This document shows, in pieces, positions 30,001 through 45,000 of a stretch of DNA of 64,000 bases. Every line of letters starts with the position of its first letter. The first letter of the stretch is position 1. The notes beneath the pieces are model-generated. The model searched no databases. It saw only the letters and a program-made list of their open reading frames with translations, and was not told the DNA's origin. Source of the stretch: Cyanophora paradoxa CCMP329 (taxonomy: Eukaryota; Plantae; Glaucophyta); the NCBI GenBank assembly GCA_004431415.1, contig QPMI01000093.1:1-64000 (forward strand), written 5' to 3'. Position numbers and translations under genes: made by a program.

Positions 30001-33000
30001 AAGCCTGCGCATGCGTGTCCGCGGGGCCGTACCCCTCCGGAAGGGCTCCGCCGGCCCGTCCGACCGCGCACGGCGGCGGCGCTAGACCCGCAGGGCACGC
30101 CCGCAGCGTCGCAAGCCTTACAGACGTGTCCCCGCGCCGAGAGTCGCGTCCTCGAACGCCTTCGAAACTTGGCTGGACCGCCCCTCAAGACGGCGGCGCT
30201 GTGTACCCCCCTGACGCCGGGATTTCGATGCTGACGGAGGGGCCCCGGCCCGAACGCAGCCTACCACGAATGCCGGCGCTCCTTATTCGCTCGATCCCAC
30301 CAGTCCGCAGGGCTCGGCGGCGGGGGCCCCTCAGGAAGCCTGCGCATGCGTGTCCGCGGGGCCGTACCCCTCCGGGAAGGGCTCCGCCGGCCCGTCCGAC
30401 CGCGCACGGCGGCGGCGCTAGACCCGCAGGGCACGCCCGCAGCGTCGCAAGCCTTACAGACGTGTCCCCGCGCCGAGAGTCGCGTCCTCGAACGCCTTCG
30501 AAACTTGGCTGGACCGCCCCTCAAGAGACGGCGGCGCTGTGTACCCCCCTGACGTCGGGATTTCGATGCTGACGGAGGTGCCCCGGCCCGAACGCAGCCT
30601 ACCACGAATGCCGGCGCTCCTTATTCGCTCGATCCCACCAGTCCGCAGGGCTCGGCGGCGGGGGCCCCTCAGGAAGCCTGCGCATGCGTGTCCGCGGGGC
30701 CGTACCCCTCCGGGAAGGGCTCCGCCGGCCCGTCCGACCGCGCACGGCGGCGGCGCTAGACCCGCAGGGCACGCCCGCAGCGTCGCAAGCCTTACAGACG
30801 TGTCCCGCGCCGAGAGTCGCGTCCTCGAACGCCTTCGAAACTTGGCTGGACCGCCCCTCAAGAGGCGGCGGCGCTGTGTACCCCCTGACGCCGGGATTTC
30901 GATGCTGACGGAGGCGCCCCGGCCCGAACGCAGCCTACCACGAATGCCGGCGCTCCTTATTCGCTCGATCCCACCAGTCCGCAGGGCTCGGCGGCGGGGG
31001 CCCTCAGGAAGCCTGCGCATGCGTGTCCGCGGGCCGTACCCTCCGGGAAGGGCTCCGCCGGCCCGTCCGACCGCGCACGGCGGCGGCGCTAGACCCGCAG
31101 GGCACGCCCGCAGCGTCGCAAGCCTTACAGACGTGTCCCCGCGCCGAGAGTCGCGTCCTCGAACGCCTTCGAAACTTGCTGGACCGCCCCTCAAGAGCGG
31201 CGGCGCTGTGTACCCCCCTGACGCCGGGATTTCGATGCTGACGGAGGCGCCCGGCCCGAACGCAGCCTACCACGAATGCCGGCGCTCCTTATTCGCTCGA
31301 TCCCACCAGTCCGCAGGGCTCGGCGGCGGGGGCCCTCAGGAAGCCTGCGCATGCGTGTCCGCGGGGCCGTACCCCTCCGGGAAGGGCTCCGCCGGCCCGT
31401 CCGACCGCGCACGGCGGCGGCGCTAGACCCGCAGGGCACGCCCGCAGCGTCGCAAGCCTTACAGACGTGTCCCGCGTCGAGAGTCGCATCCTCGAACGCC
31501 TTCGAAACTTGGCTGGACCGCCCCTCAGAGGCGGCGGCGCTGTGTACCCCCTGACGCCGGGATTTCGATGCTGACGGAGGCGCCCCGGCCGAACGCAGCC
31601 TACCACGAATGCCGGCGCTCCTTATTCGCTCGATCCCACCAGTCCGCAGGCTCGGCGGCGGGGGCCCTCAGGAAGCCTGCGCATGCGTGTCCGCGGGCCG
31701 TACCCCTCCGGAAGGGCTCCGCCGGCCCGTCCGACCGCGCACGGCGGCGGCGCTAGACCCGCAGGGCACGCCCGCAGCGTCGCAAGCCTTACAGACGTGT
31801 CCCCGCGCCGAGAGTCGCGTCCTCGAACGCCTTCGAAACTTGGCTGGACCGCCCCTCAAGAGGCGGCGCGCTGTGTACCCCCCTGACGCCGGGATTTCGA
31901 TGCTGACGGAGGCGCCCCGGCCCGAACGCAGCCTACCACGAATGCCGGCGCTCCTTATTCGCTCGATCCCACCAGTCCGCAGGGCTCGGCGGCGGGGGCC
32001 CCTCAGGAAGCCTGCGCATGCGTGTCCGCGGGGCCGTACCCCTCCGGGAAGGGCTCCGCCGGCCCGTCCGACCGCGCACGGCGGCGGCGCTAGACCCGCA
32101 GGGCACGCCCGCAGCGTCGCAAGCCTTACAGACGTGTCCCCGCGCCGAGAGTCGCGTCCTCGAACGCCTTCGAAACTTGGCTGGACCGCCCCTCAAGAGG
32201 CGGCGCGCTGTGTACCCCCCTGACGCGGGATTTCGATGCTGACGGAGGCGCCCCGGCCCGAACGCAGCCTACCACGAATGCCGGCGCTCCTTATTCGCTC
32301 GATCCCACCAGTCCGCAGGGCTCGGCGGCGGGGGCCCCTCAGGAAGCCTGCGCATGCGTGTCCGCGGGGCCGTACCCCTCCGGGAAGGCCTCCGCCGGCC
32401 CGTCCGACCGCGCACGGCGGCGGCGCTAGACCCGCAGGCACGCCCGCAGCGTCGCAAGCCTTACAGACGTGTCCCCGCGCCGAGAGTCGCGTCCTCGAAC
32501 GCCTTCGAAACTTGGCTGGACCGCCCCTCAGAGACGGCGGCGCTGTGTACCCCCTGACGCCGGGATTTCGATGCTGACGAGGTGCCTCGGCCCGAACGCA
32601 GCCTACCACGAATGCCGGCGCTCCTTATTCGCTCGATCCCACCAGTCCGCAGGGCTCGGCGGCGGGGGCCCCTCAGGAAGCCTGCGCATGCGTGTCCGCG
32701 GGGCCGTACCCCTCCGGGAAGGGCTCCGCCGGCCCGTCCGACCGCGCACGGCGGCGGCGCTAGACCCGCAGGGCACGCCCGCAGCGTCGCAGCCTTACAG
32801 ACGTGTCCCCGCGCCGAGAGTCGCGTCCTCGAACGCCTTCGAAACTTGGCTGGACCGCCCCTCGGAGACGGCGGCGCTGTGTACCCCCTGACGCCGGATT
32901 CGATGCTGACGGAGGCGCCCGGCCCGAACGCAGCCTACCACGAATGCCGGCGCTCCTTATTCGCTCGATCCACCAGTCCGCAGGGCTCGCGGCGGGGGCC

Positions 33001-36000
33001 CTCAGAAGCCTGCGCATGCGTGTCCGCGGGCCGTACCCCTCCGGGAAGGGCTCCGCCGGCCCGTCCGACCGCGCACGGCGGCGGCGCTAGACCCGCAGGC
33101 ACGCCCGCAGCGTCGCAGCCTTACAGACGTGTCCCCGCGCCGAGAGTCGCGTCCTCGAACGCCTTCGAAACTTGGCTGGACGCCCTCAGAGCGGCTGCGC
33201 TGTGTACCCCCCTGACGCCGGGATTTCGATGCTGACGGAGGCGCCCCGGCCCGAACGCAGCCTACCACGAATGCCGGCGCTCCTTATTCGCTCGATCCCA
33301 CCAGTCCGCAGGCTCGGCGGCGGGGCCCCTCAGAAGCCTGCGCATGCGTGTCCGCGGGCCGTACCCCTCCGGGAAGGGCTCCGCCGGCCCGTCGACCGCC
33401 ACGGCGGCGGCGCTAGACCGCAGGGCACGCCGCAGCGTCGCAAGCCTTACAGACGTGTCCCCGCGCCGAGAGTCGCGTCCTCGACGCCTTCGAAACTTGG
33501 CTGGACCGCCCCTCGAGGCGGCGGCGCTGTGTACCCCCTGACGCCGGGATTTCGATGCTGACGGAGGCGCCCGGCCGAACGCAGCCTACCACGAATGCCG
33601 GCGCTCCTTATTCGCTCGATCCCACCAGTCCGCAGGGCTCGGCGGCGGGGCCCTCAGGAAGCCTGCGCATGCGTGTCCGCGGGGCCGTACCCCTCCGGAA
33701 GGCTCCGCCGGCCCGTCCGACGCGCACGGCGGCGGCGCTAGACCCGCAGGCACGCCCGCAGCGTCGCAAGCCTTACAGACGTGTCCCCGCGCCGAGAGTC
33801 GCGTCCTCGAACGCCTTCGAAACTTGGCTGGACCGCCCTCAGAGGCGGCGGCGCTGTGTACCCCCTGACGCCGGGATTTCGATGCTGACGGAGGCGCCCC
33901 GCCCGAACGCAGCCTACCACGAATGCCGGCGCTCCTTATTCGCTCGATCCACCAGTCCGCAGGGCTCGGCGCGGGGGCCCCTCAGGAAGCCTGCGCATGC
34001 GTGTCCGCGGGCCGTACCCTCCGGAAGGCTCCGCCGGCCGTCCGACCGCGCACGGCGGCGGCGCTAGACCGCAGGGCACGCCGCAGCGTCGCAAGCCTTA
34101 CAGACGTGTCCCGCGCGAGAGTCGCGTCCTCGAACGCCTTCGAAACTTGGCTGACCGCCCCTCAAGAGCGGCGCGCTGTGTACCCCTGACGCCGGGATTT
34201 CGATGCTGACGGAGGGCCCCGGCCGAACGCAGCCTACACGAATGCCGGCGCTCCTTATTCGCTCGATCCCACCAGTCCGCAGGGCTCGGCGGCGGGGCCC
34301 TCAGGAAGCCTGCGCATGCGTGTCCGCGGGGCCGTACCCTCCGGGAAGGCTCCGCGGCCGTCCGACCGCGCACGGCGGCGGCGCTAGACCCGCAGGCACG
34401 CCCGCAGCGTCGCAAGCCTTACAGACGTGTCCCGCGCGAGAGTCGCTCTCGAACGCCTTCGAAACTTGGCTGACCGCCCTCAAGAGCGGCGGCGCTGTGT
34501 ACCCCCTGACGCCGGGATTTCGATGCTGACGGAGCGCCCGGCCCGAACGCAGCCTACCACGAATGCCGGCGCTCCTTATTCGCTCGATCCCACCAGTCCG
34601 CAGGCTCGGCGCGGGGCCCTCAGGAAGCCTGCGCATGCGTGTCCGCGGGGCCGTACCCTCGGGAAGGGCTCCGCCGGCCCGTCCGACCGCGCACGGCGGC
34701 GGCGCTAGACCCGCAGGGCACGCCCGCAGCGTCGCAAGCCTTACAGACGTGTCCCGCGCCGAGAGTCGCGTCCTCGAACGCCTTCGAAACTTGGCTGGAC
34801 CGCCCTCGAGACGGCGGCGCTGTGTACCCCCTGACGCCGGATTTCGATGCTGACGGAGGCCCCGGCCCGAACGCAGCCTACACGAATGCGGCGCTCCTTA
34901 TTCGCTCGATCCCACCAGTCCGCAGGGCTCGGCGGCGGGGCCCTCAGGAAGCCTGCGCATGCGTGTCCGCGGGGCCGTACCCTCCGGGAAGGCTCCGCGG
35001 CCCGTCCGACGCGCACGGCGGCGGCGCTAGACCGCAGGGCACGCCCGCAGCGTCGCAAGCCTTACAGACGTGTCCCCGCGCGAGAGTCGCGTCCTCGAAC
35101 GCCTTCGAAACTTGCTGGACCGCCCTCAGAGCGGCGGCGCTGTGTACCCCCTGACGCCGGATTTCGATGCTGACGGAGGCGCCCGGCCCGAACGCAGCCT
35201 ACCACGAATGCCGCGCTCCTTATTCGCTCGATCCCACCAGTCCGCAGGGCTCGGCGGCGGGGGCCCTCAGGAAGCCTGCGCATGCGTGTCGCGGGCCGTA
35301 CCCCTCCGGAAGGGCTCCGCCGGCCCGTCCGACGCGCACGGCGGCGGCGCTAGACCGCAGGGCACGCCGCAGCGTCGCAAGCCTTACAGACGTGTCCCGC
35401 GCCGAGAGTCGCGTCCTCGAACGCTTCGAAACTTGGCTGGACCGCCCTCGAGCGGCGGCGCTGTGTACCCCCTGACGCCGGATTTCGATGCTGACGGAGG
35501 CGCCCCGGCCGAACGCAGCCTACCACGAATGCCGGCGCTCCTTATTCGCTCGATCCCACAGTCCGCAGGGCTCGGCGGCGGGGCCCTCAGGAAGCCTGCG
35601 CATGCGTGTCCGCGGGCCGTACCCTCCGGAAGGGCTCCGCCGGCCCGTCCGACCGCGCACGGCGGCGGCGCTAGACCCGCAGGCACGCCCGCAGCGTCGC
35701 AAGCCTTACAGACGTGTCCCCGCGCGAGAGTCGCGTCCTCGAACGCCTTCGAAACTGGCTGGACCGCCCTCAAGAGCGGCGGCGCTGTGTACCCCCTGAC
35801 GCCGGGATTTCGATGCTGACGGAGGTGCCCGCCCGAACGCAGCCTACACGAATGCCGGCGCTCCTTATTCGCTCGATCCACCAGTCCGCAGGGCTCGGCG
35901 GCGGGGCCCTCAGGAAGCCTGCGCATGCGTGTCCGCGGGGCCGTACCCTCCGGAAGGGCTCCGCGGCCCGTCCGACGCGCACGGCGGCGCGCTAGACCGC

Positions 36001-39000
36001 AGGGCACGCCCGCAGCGTCGCAAGCCTTACAGACGTGTCCCGCGCCGAGAGTCGCGTCTCGAACGCCTTCGAAACTTGGCTGGACCGCCCTCGAGGCGGC
36101 GGCGCTGTGTACCCCCTGACGCCGGGATTTCGATGCTGACGGAGGCGCCCGGCCCGAACGCAGCCTACCACGAATGCCGGCGCTCCTTATTCGCTCGATC
36201 CCACCAGTCCGCAGGGCTCGGCGCGGGGCCCCTCAGGAAGCTGCGCATGCGTGTCCGCGGGGCCGTACCCTCCGGGAAGGGCTCCGCCGGCCGTCCGACC
36301 GCGCACGGCGGCGGCGCTAGACCCGCAGGGCACGCCGCAGCGTCGCAAGCCTTACAGACGTGTCCCCGCGCCGAGAGTCGCGTCCTCGAACGCCTCCGAA
36401 ACTTGGCTGGACCGCCCTCGAGACGGCGGCGCTGTGTACCCCTGACGCCGGATTTCGATGCTGACGGAGGCCCCGGCCGAACGCAGCCTACACGAATGCC
36501 GGCGCTCCTTATTCGCTCGATCCCACCAGTCCGCAGGGCTCGGCGGCGGGGCCCTCAGGAAGCCTGCGCATGCGTGTCCGCGGGCCGTACCCCTCCGGAA
36601 GGGCTCCCGGCCCGTCCGACGCGCACGCGGCGGCGCTAGACCGCAGGGCACGCCCGCAGCGTCGCAAGCCTTACAGACGTGTCCCCGCGCCGAGAGTCGC
36701 GTCCTCGAACGCCTTCGAAACTTGGCTGGACCGCCCTCAAGAGGCGGCGGCGCTGTGTACCCCCTGACGCCGGATTCGATGCTGACGGAGGCGCCCGGCC
36801 CGAACGCGCCTACCCGAATGCCGGCGCTCCTTATTCGCTCGATCCACCAGTCGCAGGGCTCGGCGGCGGGGCCCTCAGGAAGCCTGCGCATGCGTGTCGC
36901 GGGCCGTACCCTCGGGAAGGGCTCGCCGGCCGTCCGACGCGCACGCGGCGGCGCTAGACCCGCAGGGCACGCCCGCAGCGTCGCAAGCCTTACAGACGTG
37001 TCCCCGCGCGAGAGTCGCGTCCTCGAACGCCTTCAAACTTGGCTGGACCGCCCTCAGAGCGGCGGCGCTGTGTACCCCTGACGCCGGGATTTCGATGCTG
37101 ACGGAGGCGCCGGCCCGAACGCAGCCTACCACGAATGCCGGCGCTCCTTATTCGCTCGATCCACCAGTCCGCAGGGCTCGCGGCGGGGCCCTCAGGAAGC
37201 CTGCGCATGCGTGTCCGCGGGCCGTACCCTCCGGAAGGGCTCCGCCGGCCGTCCGACCGCGCACGCGGCGGCGCTAGACCCGCAGGGCACGCCCGCAGCG
37301 TCGCAAGCCTTACAGACGTGTCCCGCGCGAGAGTCGCGTCCTCGAACGCCTTCGAAACTTGGCTGGACGCCCTCGGAGCGGCGGCGCTGTGTACCCCCTG
37401 ACGCCGGGATTTCGATGTGACGGAGGGCCCGGCCCGAACGCAGCCTACACGAATGCCGGCGCTCCTTATTCGCTCGATCCACCAGTCCGCAGGGCTCGGC
37501 GGCGGGGCCCTCAGGAAGCCTGCGCATGCGTGTCCGCGGGCCGTACCCTCCGGAAGGGCTCCGCCGGCCCGTCCGACGCGCACGGCGGCGGCGCTAGACC
37601 CGCGGGCACGCCGCAGCGTCGCAAGCCTTACAGACGTGTCCCGCGCCGAGAGTCGCGTCCTCGAACGCCTTCGAACTTGGCTGGACCGCCCTCAAGAGGC
37701 GGCGCGCTGTGTACCCCCTGACGCCGGGATTTCGATGCTGACGGAGGGCCCCGGCCCGAACGCAGCCTACCACGAATGCCGGCGCTCCTTATTCGCTCGA
37801 TCCCACCAGTCCGCAGGGCTCGGCGGCGGGGGCCCTCAGGAAGCCTGCGCATGCGTGTCCGCGGGGCCGTACCCTCCGGGAAGGGCTCCGCCGGCCCGTC
37901 CGACCGCGCACGGCGGCGGCGCTAGACCGCAGGGCACGCCCGCAGCGTCGCAAGCCTTACAGACGTGTCCCCGCGCGAGAGTCGCGTCTCGAACGCCTTC
38001 AAACTTGGCTGGACCGCCCTCAAGAGGCGGCGGCGCTGTGTACCCCTGACGCCGGGATTTCGATGTGACGGAGGCGCCCGGCCCGAACGCAGCCTACCAC
38101 GAATGCCGGCGCTCCTTATTCGCTCGATCCCACCAGTCCGCAGGCTCGGCGGCGGGGCCCTCAGGAAGCCTGCGCATGCGTGTCCGCGGGCCGTACCCTC
38201 CGGAAGGGCTCCGCCGGCCGTCCGACCGCGCACGGCGGCGGCGCTAGACCCGAGGGCACGCCGCAGCGTCGCAAGCCTTACAGACGTGTCCCCGCGCCGA
38301 GAGTCGCGTCCTCGAACGCCTTCAAACTTGGCTGGACCGCCCTCAAGAGGCGGCGGCGCTGTGTACCCCTGACGCCGGGATTTCGATGCTGACGGAGGGC
38401 CCCGGCCCGAACGCAGCCTACCACGAATGCCGGCGCTCCTTATTCGCTCGATCCCACCAGTCCGCAGGCTCGGCGGCGGGGCCCCTCAGGAAGCCTGCGC
38501 ATGCGTGTCCGCGGGCCGTACCCCTCCGGGAAGGGCTCCGCCGGCCCGTCCGACCGCGCACGGCGGCGGCGCTAGACCGCAGGGCACGCCCGCAGCGTCG
38601 CAAGCCTTACAGACGTGTCCCCGCGCCGAGAGTCGCGTCCTCGAACGCCTTCGAAACTTGGCTGGACCGCCCCTCAGAGGCGGCGGCGCTGTGTACCCCT
38701 GACGCGGGATTTCGATGCTGACGGAGGGCCCCGGCCCGAACGCAGCCTACCACGAATGCCGGCGCTCCTTATTCGCTCGATCCCACCAGTCCGCAGGGCT
38801 CGGCGGCGGGGCCCCTCAGGAAGCCTGCGCATGCGTGTCCGCGGGGCCGTACCCCTCCGGGAAGGGCTCCGCCGGCCCGTCCGACGCGCACGGCGGCGGC
38901 GCTAGACCCGCAGGGCACGCCCGCAGCGTCGCAAGCCTTACAGACGTGTCCCGCGCCGAGAGTCGCGTCCTCGAACGCCTTCAAACTTGGCTGGACCGCC

Positions 39001-42000
39001 CCTCGGAGACGGCGGCGCTGTGTACCCCCTGACGCCGGGATTTCGATGTGACGGAGGGCCCGGCCCGAACGCAGCCTACCACGAATGCCGGCGCTCCTTA
39101 TTCGCTCGATCCCACCAGTCGCAGGGCTCGGCGGCGGGGGCCCTCAGGAAGCCTGCGCATGCGTGTCCGCGGGCCGTACCCTCCGGAAGGGCTCCGCCGG
39201 CCCGTCCGACCGCGCACGGCGGCGGCGCTAGACCCGCAGGGCACGCCCGCAGCGTCGCAAGCCTTACAGACGTGTCCCGCGCCGAGAGTCGCGTCCTCGA
39301 ACGCCTTCCAAACTTGGCTGGACCGCCCTCGAGACGGCGGCGCTGTGTACCCCCTGACGCCGGGATTTCGATGTTGACGGAGGTGCCCGGCCGAACGCAG
39401 CCTACCACGAATGCCGGCGCTCCTTATTCGCTCGATCCACCAGTCCGCAGGGCTCGGCGGCGGGGCCCTCAGGAAGCCTGCGCATGCGTGTCCGCGGGCC
39501 GTACCCTCCGGGAAGGGCTCGCCGGCCCGTCCGACCGCGCACGGCGGCGGCGCTAGACCCGCAGGGCACGCCCGCAGCGTCGCAAGCCTTACAGACGTGT
39601 CCCGCGCCGAGAGTCGCGTCCTCGAACGCCTTCAAACTTGGCTGGACCGCCCTCAAGAGGCGGCGGCGCTGTGTACCCCCTGACGCCGGGATTTCGATGT
39701 GACGGAGGCGCCCGGCCCGAACGCAGCCTACACGAATGCCGGCGCTCCTTATTCGCTCGATCCCACCAGTCCGCAGGCTCGGCGGCGGGGGCCCTCAGGA
39801 AGCCTGCGCATGCGTGTCCGCGGGCCGTACCCTCCGGGAAGGGCTCCGCCGGCCCGTCCGACCGCGCACGGCGGCGGCGCTAGACCCGCAGGGCACGCCC
39901 GCAGCGTCGCAAGCCTTACAGACGTGTCCCCGCGCGAGAGTCGCGTCCTCGAACGCCTTCGAAACTTGGCTGGACGCCCCTCAAGAGGCGGCGGCGCTGT
40001 GTACCCCCTGACGCCGGATTTCGATGTGACGGAGGCGCCCGGCCCGAACGCAGCCTACACGAATGCCGGCGCTCCTTATTCGCTCGATCCCACCAGTCCG
40101 CAGGCTCGGCGGCGGGGGCCCTCAGGAAGCCTGCGCATGCGTGTCCGCGGGCCGTACCCTCCGGGAAGGGCTCCGCCGGCCGTCCGACGCGCACGGCGGC
40201 GGCGCTAGACCCGCAGGGCACGCCCGCAGCGTCGCAAGCCTTACAGACGTGTCCCGCGCCGAGAGTCGCGTCCTCGAACGCCTTCAAACTTGGCTGGACC
40301 GCCCCTCAAGAGGCGGCGGCGCTGTGTACCCCCCTGACGCCGGATTTCGATGTTGACGGAGGTGCCCGGCCCGACGCCGCCTACACGAATGCCGGCGCTC
40401 CTTATTCGCTCGATCCCACCAGTCCGCAGGGCTCGGCGGCGGGGGCCCTCAGGAAGCCTGCGCATGCGTGTCCGCGGGGCCGTACCCTCCGGGAAGGGCT
40501 CCGCCGGCCCGTCCGACCGCGCACGGCGGCGGCGCTAGACCCGCAGGGCACGCCGGCAGCGTCGCAAGCCTTACAGACGTGTCCCCGCGCCGAGAGTCGC
40601 GTCCTCGAACGCCTTCCAAACTTGGCTGGACCGCCCCTCAGAGGCGGCGGCGCTGTGTACCCCCTGACGCCGGGATTTCGATGTGACGGAGGCGCCCGGC
40701 CCGACGCGCCTACACGAATGCCGGCGCTCCTTATTCGCTCGATCCCACCAGTCCGCAGGGCTCGGCGGCGGGGGCCCCTCAGGAAGCCTGCGGATGCGTG
40801 TCCGCGGGGCCGTACCCCTCCGGGAAGGGCTCCGCCGGCCCGTCCGACCGCGCACGGCGGCGGCGCTAGACCCGCAGGGCACGCCCGCAGCGTCGCAAGC
40901 CTTACAGACGTGTCCCCGCGCCGAGAGTCGCGTCCTCGAACGCCTTCCAAATTGGCTGGACCGCCCCTCAAGAGCGGCGGCGCTGTGTACCCCCTGACGC
41001 CGGGATTTCGATGTGACGAGGCGCCCGGCCCGAACGCAGCCTACCACGAATGCCGGCGCTCCTTATTCGCTCGATCCACCAGTCCGCAGGGCTCGCGGCG
41101 GGGCCCTCAGGAAGCCTGCGCATGCGTGTCCGCGGGCGTACCCTCCGGGAAGGGCTCCGCCGGCCCGTCCGACCGCGCACGGCGGCGGCGCTAGACCCGC
41201 AGGGCACGCCCGCAGCGTCGCAAGCCTTACAGACGTGTCCCCGCGCCGAGAGTCGCGTCCTCGAACGCCTTCGAAACTTGGCTGGACCGCCCTCAAGAGG
41301 CGGCGGCGCTGTGTACCCCCTGACGCCGGATTTCGATGTTGACGGAGGCGCCCGGCCCGACGCGCCTACACGAATGCCGGCGCTCCTTATTCGCTCGATC
41401 CCACCAGTCCGCAGGCTCGCGGCGGGGCCCCTCAGGAAGCCTGCGCATGCGTGTCCGCGGGGCCGTACCCCTCCGGAAGGGCTCCGCCGGCCCGTCCGAC
41501 CGCGCACGCGGCGGCGCTAGACCCGCAGGGCACGCCCGCAGCGTCGCAAGCCTTACAGACGTGTCCCCGCGCCGAGAGTCGCGTCCTCGAACGCCTTCAA
41601 ACTTGGCTGGACCGCCCCTCAAGAGGCGGCGGCGCTGTGTACCCCCTGACGCCGGATTTCGATGTGACGGAGGCGCCCGCCCGAACGCAGCCTACCACGA
41701 ATGCCGGCGCTCCTTATTCGCTCGATCCCACCAGTCCGCAGGGCTCGGCGGCGGGGGCCCTCAGAAGCCTGCGCATGCGTGTCGCGGGCCGTACCCCTCC
41801 GGAAGGGCTCCGCCGGCCCGTCCGACCGCGCACGGCGGCGGCGCTAGACCGCAGGGCACGCCCGCAGCGTCGCAAGCCTTACAGACGTGTCCCGCGCCGA
41901 GAGTCGCGTCCTCGAACGCCTTCGAAACTTGGCTGGACCGCCCTCAAGAGGCGGCGGCGCTGTGTACCCCCTGACGCCGGATTTCGATGTTGACGGAGGT

Positions 42001-45000
42001 GCTCCGGCCCGAACGCAGCCTACCACGAATGCCGGCGCTCCTTATTCGCTCGATCCCACCAGTCCGCAGGGCTCGGCGGCGGGGGCCCCTCAGGAAGCCT
42101 GCGCATGCGTGTCCGCGGGCCGTACCCTCCGGAAGGGCTCGCCGGCCCGTCCGACCGCGCACGGCGCGGCGCTAGACCCGCAGGGCACGCCCGCAGCGTC
42201 GCAAGCCTTACAGACGTGTCCCCGCGCCGAGAGTCGCGTCCTCGAACGCCTTCCAAACTTGGCTGGATCGCCCCTCAAGAGGCGGCGGCGCTGTGTACCC
42301 CCCTGACGCCGGGATTTCGATGTTGACGGAGGTGCCCCGGCCCGGACGCCGCCTACACGAATGCCGGCGCTCCTTATTCGCTCGATCCCACCAGTCCGCA
42401 GGGCTCGGCGGCGGGGGCCCCTCAGGAAGCCTGTGCATGCGTGTCCGCGGGGCCGTACCCCTCCGGGAAGGGCTCCGGCCGGCCCGTCCGACCGCGCACG
42501 GCGGCGGCGCTAGACCCGCAGGGCACGCCCGCAGCGTCGCAAGCCTTACAGACGTGTCCCCGCGCCGAGAGTCGCGTCCTCGAACGCCTTCAAACTTGGC
42601 TGGACCGCCCCTCAAGAGGCGGCGGCGCTGTGTACCCCTGACGCCGGATTTCGATGTTGACGGAGGCGCCCCGGCCCGAACGCAGCCTACCACGAATGCC
42701 GGCGCTCCTTATTCGCTCGATCCCACCAGTCCGCAGGGCTCGGCGGCGGGGCCCCTCAGGAAGCCTGCGCATGCGTGTCCGCGGGCCGTACCCTCCGGGA
42801 AGGGCTCCGCCGGCCCGTCCGACCGCGCACGGCGGCGGCGCTAGACCCGCAGGGCACGCCCGCAGCGTCGCAAGCCTTACAGACGTGTCCCCGCGCCGAG
42901 AGTCGCGTCCTCGAACGCCTTCGAAACTTGGCTGGACGCCCCTCAAGAGGCGGCGGCGCTGTGTACCCCCTGACGCCGGGATTTCGATGTTGACGGAGGC
43001 GCCCGGCCCGAACGCAGCCTACCACGAATGCCGGCGCTCCTTATTCGCTCGATCCCACCAGTCCGCAGGGCTCGGCGGCGGGGGCCCCTCAGGAAGCCTG
43101 CGCATGCGTGTCCGCGGGCCGTACCCTCCGGAAGGGCTCCGCCGGCCCGTCCGACCGCGCACGGCGGCGGCGCTAGACCCGCAGGGCACGCCCGCAGCGT
43201 CGCAAGCCTTACAGACGTGTCCCCGCGCCGAGAGTCGCGTCCTCGAACGCCTTCAAACTTGGCTGGACCGCCCCTCAGAGCGGCGGCGCTGTGTACCCCC
43301 TGACGCCGGGATTTCGATGTTGACGGAGGTGCCCGGCCCGGACGCAGCCTACCACGAATGCCGGCGCTCCTTATTCGCTCGATCCCACCAGTCCGCAGGG
43401 CTCGGCGGCGGGGCCCTCAGGAAGCCTGGCATGCGTGTCCGCGGGGCCGTACCCTCCGGAAGGGCTCCGCCGGCCCGTCCGACGCGCACGGCGGCGGCGC
43501 TAGACCCGCAGGGCACGCCCGCAGCGTCGCAAGCCTTACAGACGTGTCCCGCGCCGAGAGTCGCGTCCTCGAACGCCTTCGAAACTTGGCTGGACCGCCC
43601 CTCAAGAGGCGGCGGCGCTGTGTACCCCCTGACGCCGGGATTTCGATGTGACGGAGGCGCCCCGGCCCGAACGCAGCCTACCACGAATGCCGGCGCTCCT
43701 TATTCGCTCGATCCACCAGTCCGCAGGGCTCGCGGCGGGGGCCCCTCAGGAAGCCTGGCATGCGTGTCCGCGGGCCGTACCCTCCGGGAAGGGCTCCGCC
43801 GGCCCGTCCGACCGCGCACGGCGGCGGCGCTAGACCCGCAGGGCACGCCCGCAGCGTCGCAAGCCTTACAGACGTGTCCCGCGCCGAGAGTCGCGTCCTC
43901 GAACGCCTTCAAACTTGGCTGGATCGCCCTCAAGAGGCGGCGGCGCTGTGTACCCCCTGACGCCGGATTTCGATGTTGACGGAGGTGCCCCGGCCCGAAC
44001 GCGCCTACCACGAATGCCGGCGCTCCTTATTCGCTCGATCCCACCAGTCCGCAGGCTCGGCGGCGGGGGCCCCTCAGGAAGCCTGGCATGCGTGTCCGCG
44101 GGCCGTACCCCTCCGGAAGGGCTCCGCCGCCCGTCCGACCGCGCACGCGGCGGCGCTAGACCCGCAGGGCACGCCCGCAGCGTCGCAAGCCTTACAGACG
44201 TGTCCCGCGCCGAGAGTCGCGTCCTCGAACGCCTTCCAAACTTGGCTGGACCGCCCTCAAGAGGCGGCGCGCTGTGTACCCCCCTGACGCCGGGATTTCG
44301 ATGTTGACGGAGTGCCCCGGCCCGACGCGCCTACCACGAATGCCGGCGCTCCTTATTCGCTCGATCCCACCAGTCCGCAGGGCTCGGCGGCGGGGCCCCT
44401 CAGGAAGCCTGCGCATGCGTGTCCGCGGGGCCGTACCCCTCCGGGAAGGGCTCCGCCGGCCCGTCCGACCGCGCACGGCGGCGGCGCTAGACCCGCAGGG
44501 CACGCCCGCAGCGGCGCAAGCCTTACAGACGTGTCCCCGCGCCGAGAGTCGCGTCCTCGAACGCCTTCGAAACTTGGCTGGACCGCCCCTCAAGAGGCGG
44601 CGGCGCTGTGTACCCCCCTGACGCCGGGATTTCGATGTTGACGGAGGCGCCCCGGCCCGAACGCAGCCTACCACGAATGCCGGCGCTCCTTATTCGCTCG
44701 ATCCCACCAGTCCGCAGGGCTCGGCGGCGGGGGCCCCTCAGGAAGCCTGTGCATGCGTGTCCGCGGGGCCGTACCCCTCCGGGAAGGGCTCCGCCGGCCC
44801 GTCCGACCGCGCACGGCGGCGGCGCTAGACCCGCAGGGCACGCCCGCAGCGTCGCAAGCCTTACAGACGTGTCCCCGCGCCGAGAGTCGCGTCCTCGAAC
44901 GCCTTCGAAACTTGGCTGGACCGCCCCTCAAGAGGCGGCGGCGCTGTGTACCCCCCTGACGCCGGGATTTCGATGTTGACGGAGGCGCCCCGGCCCGGAC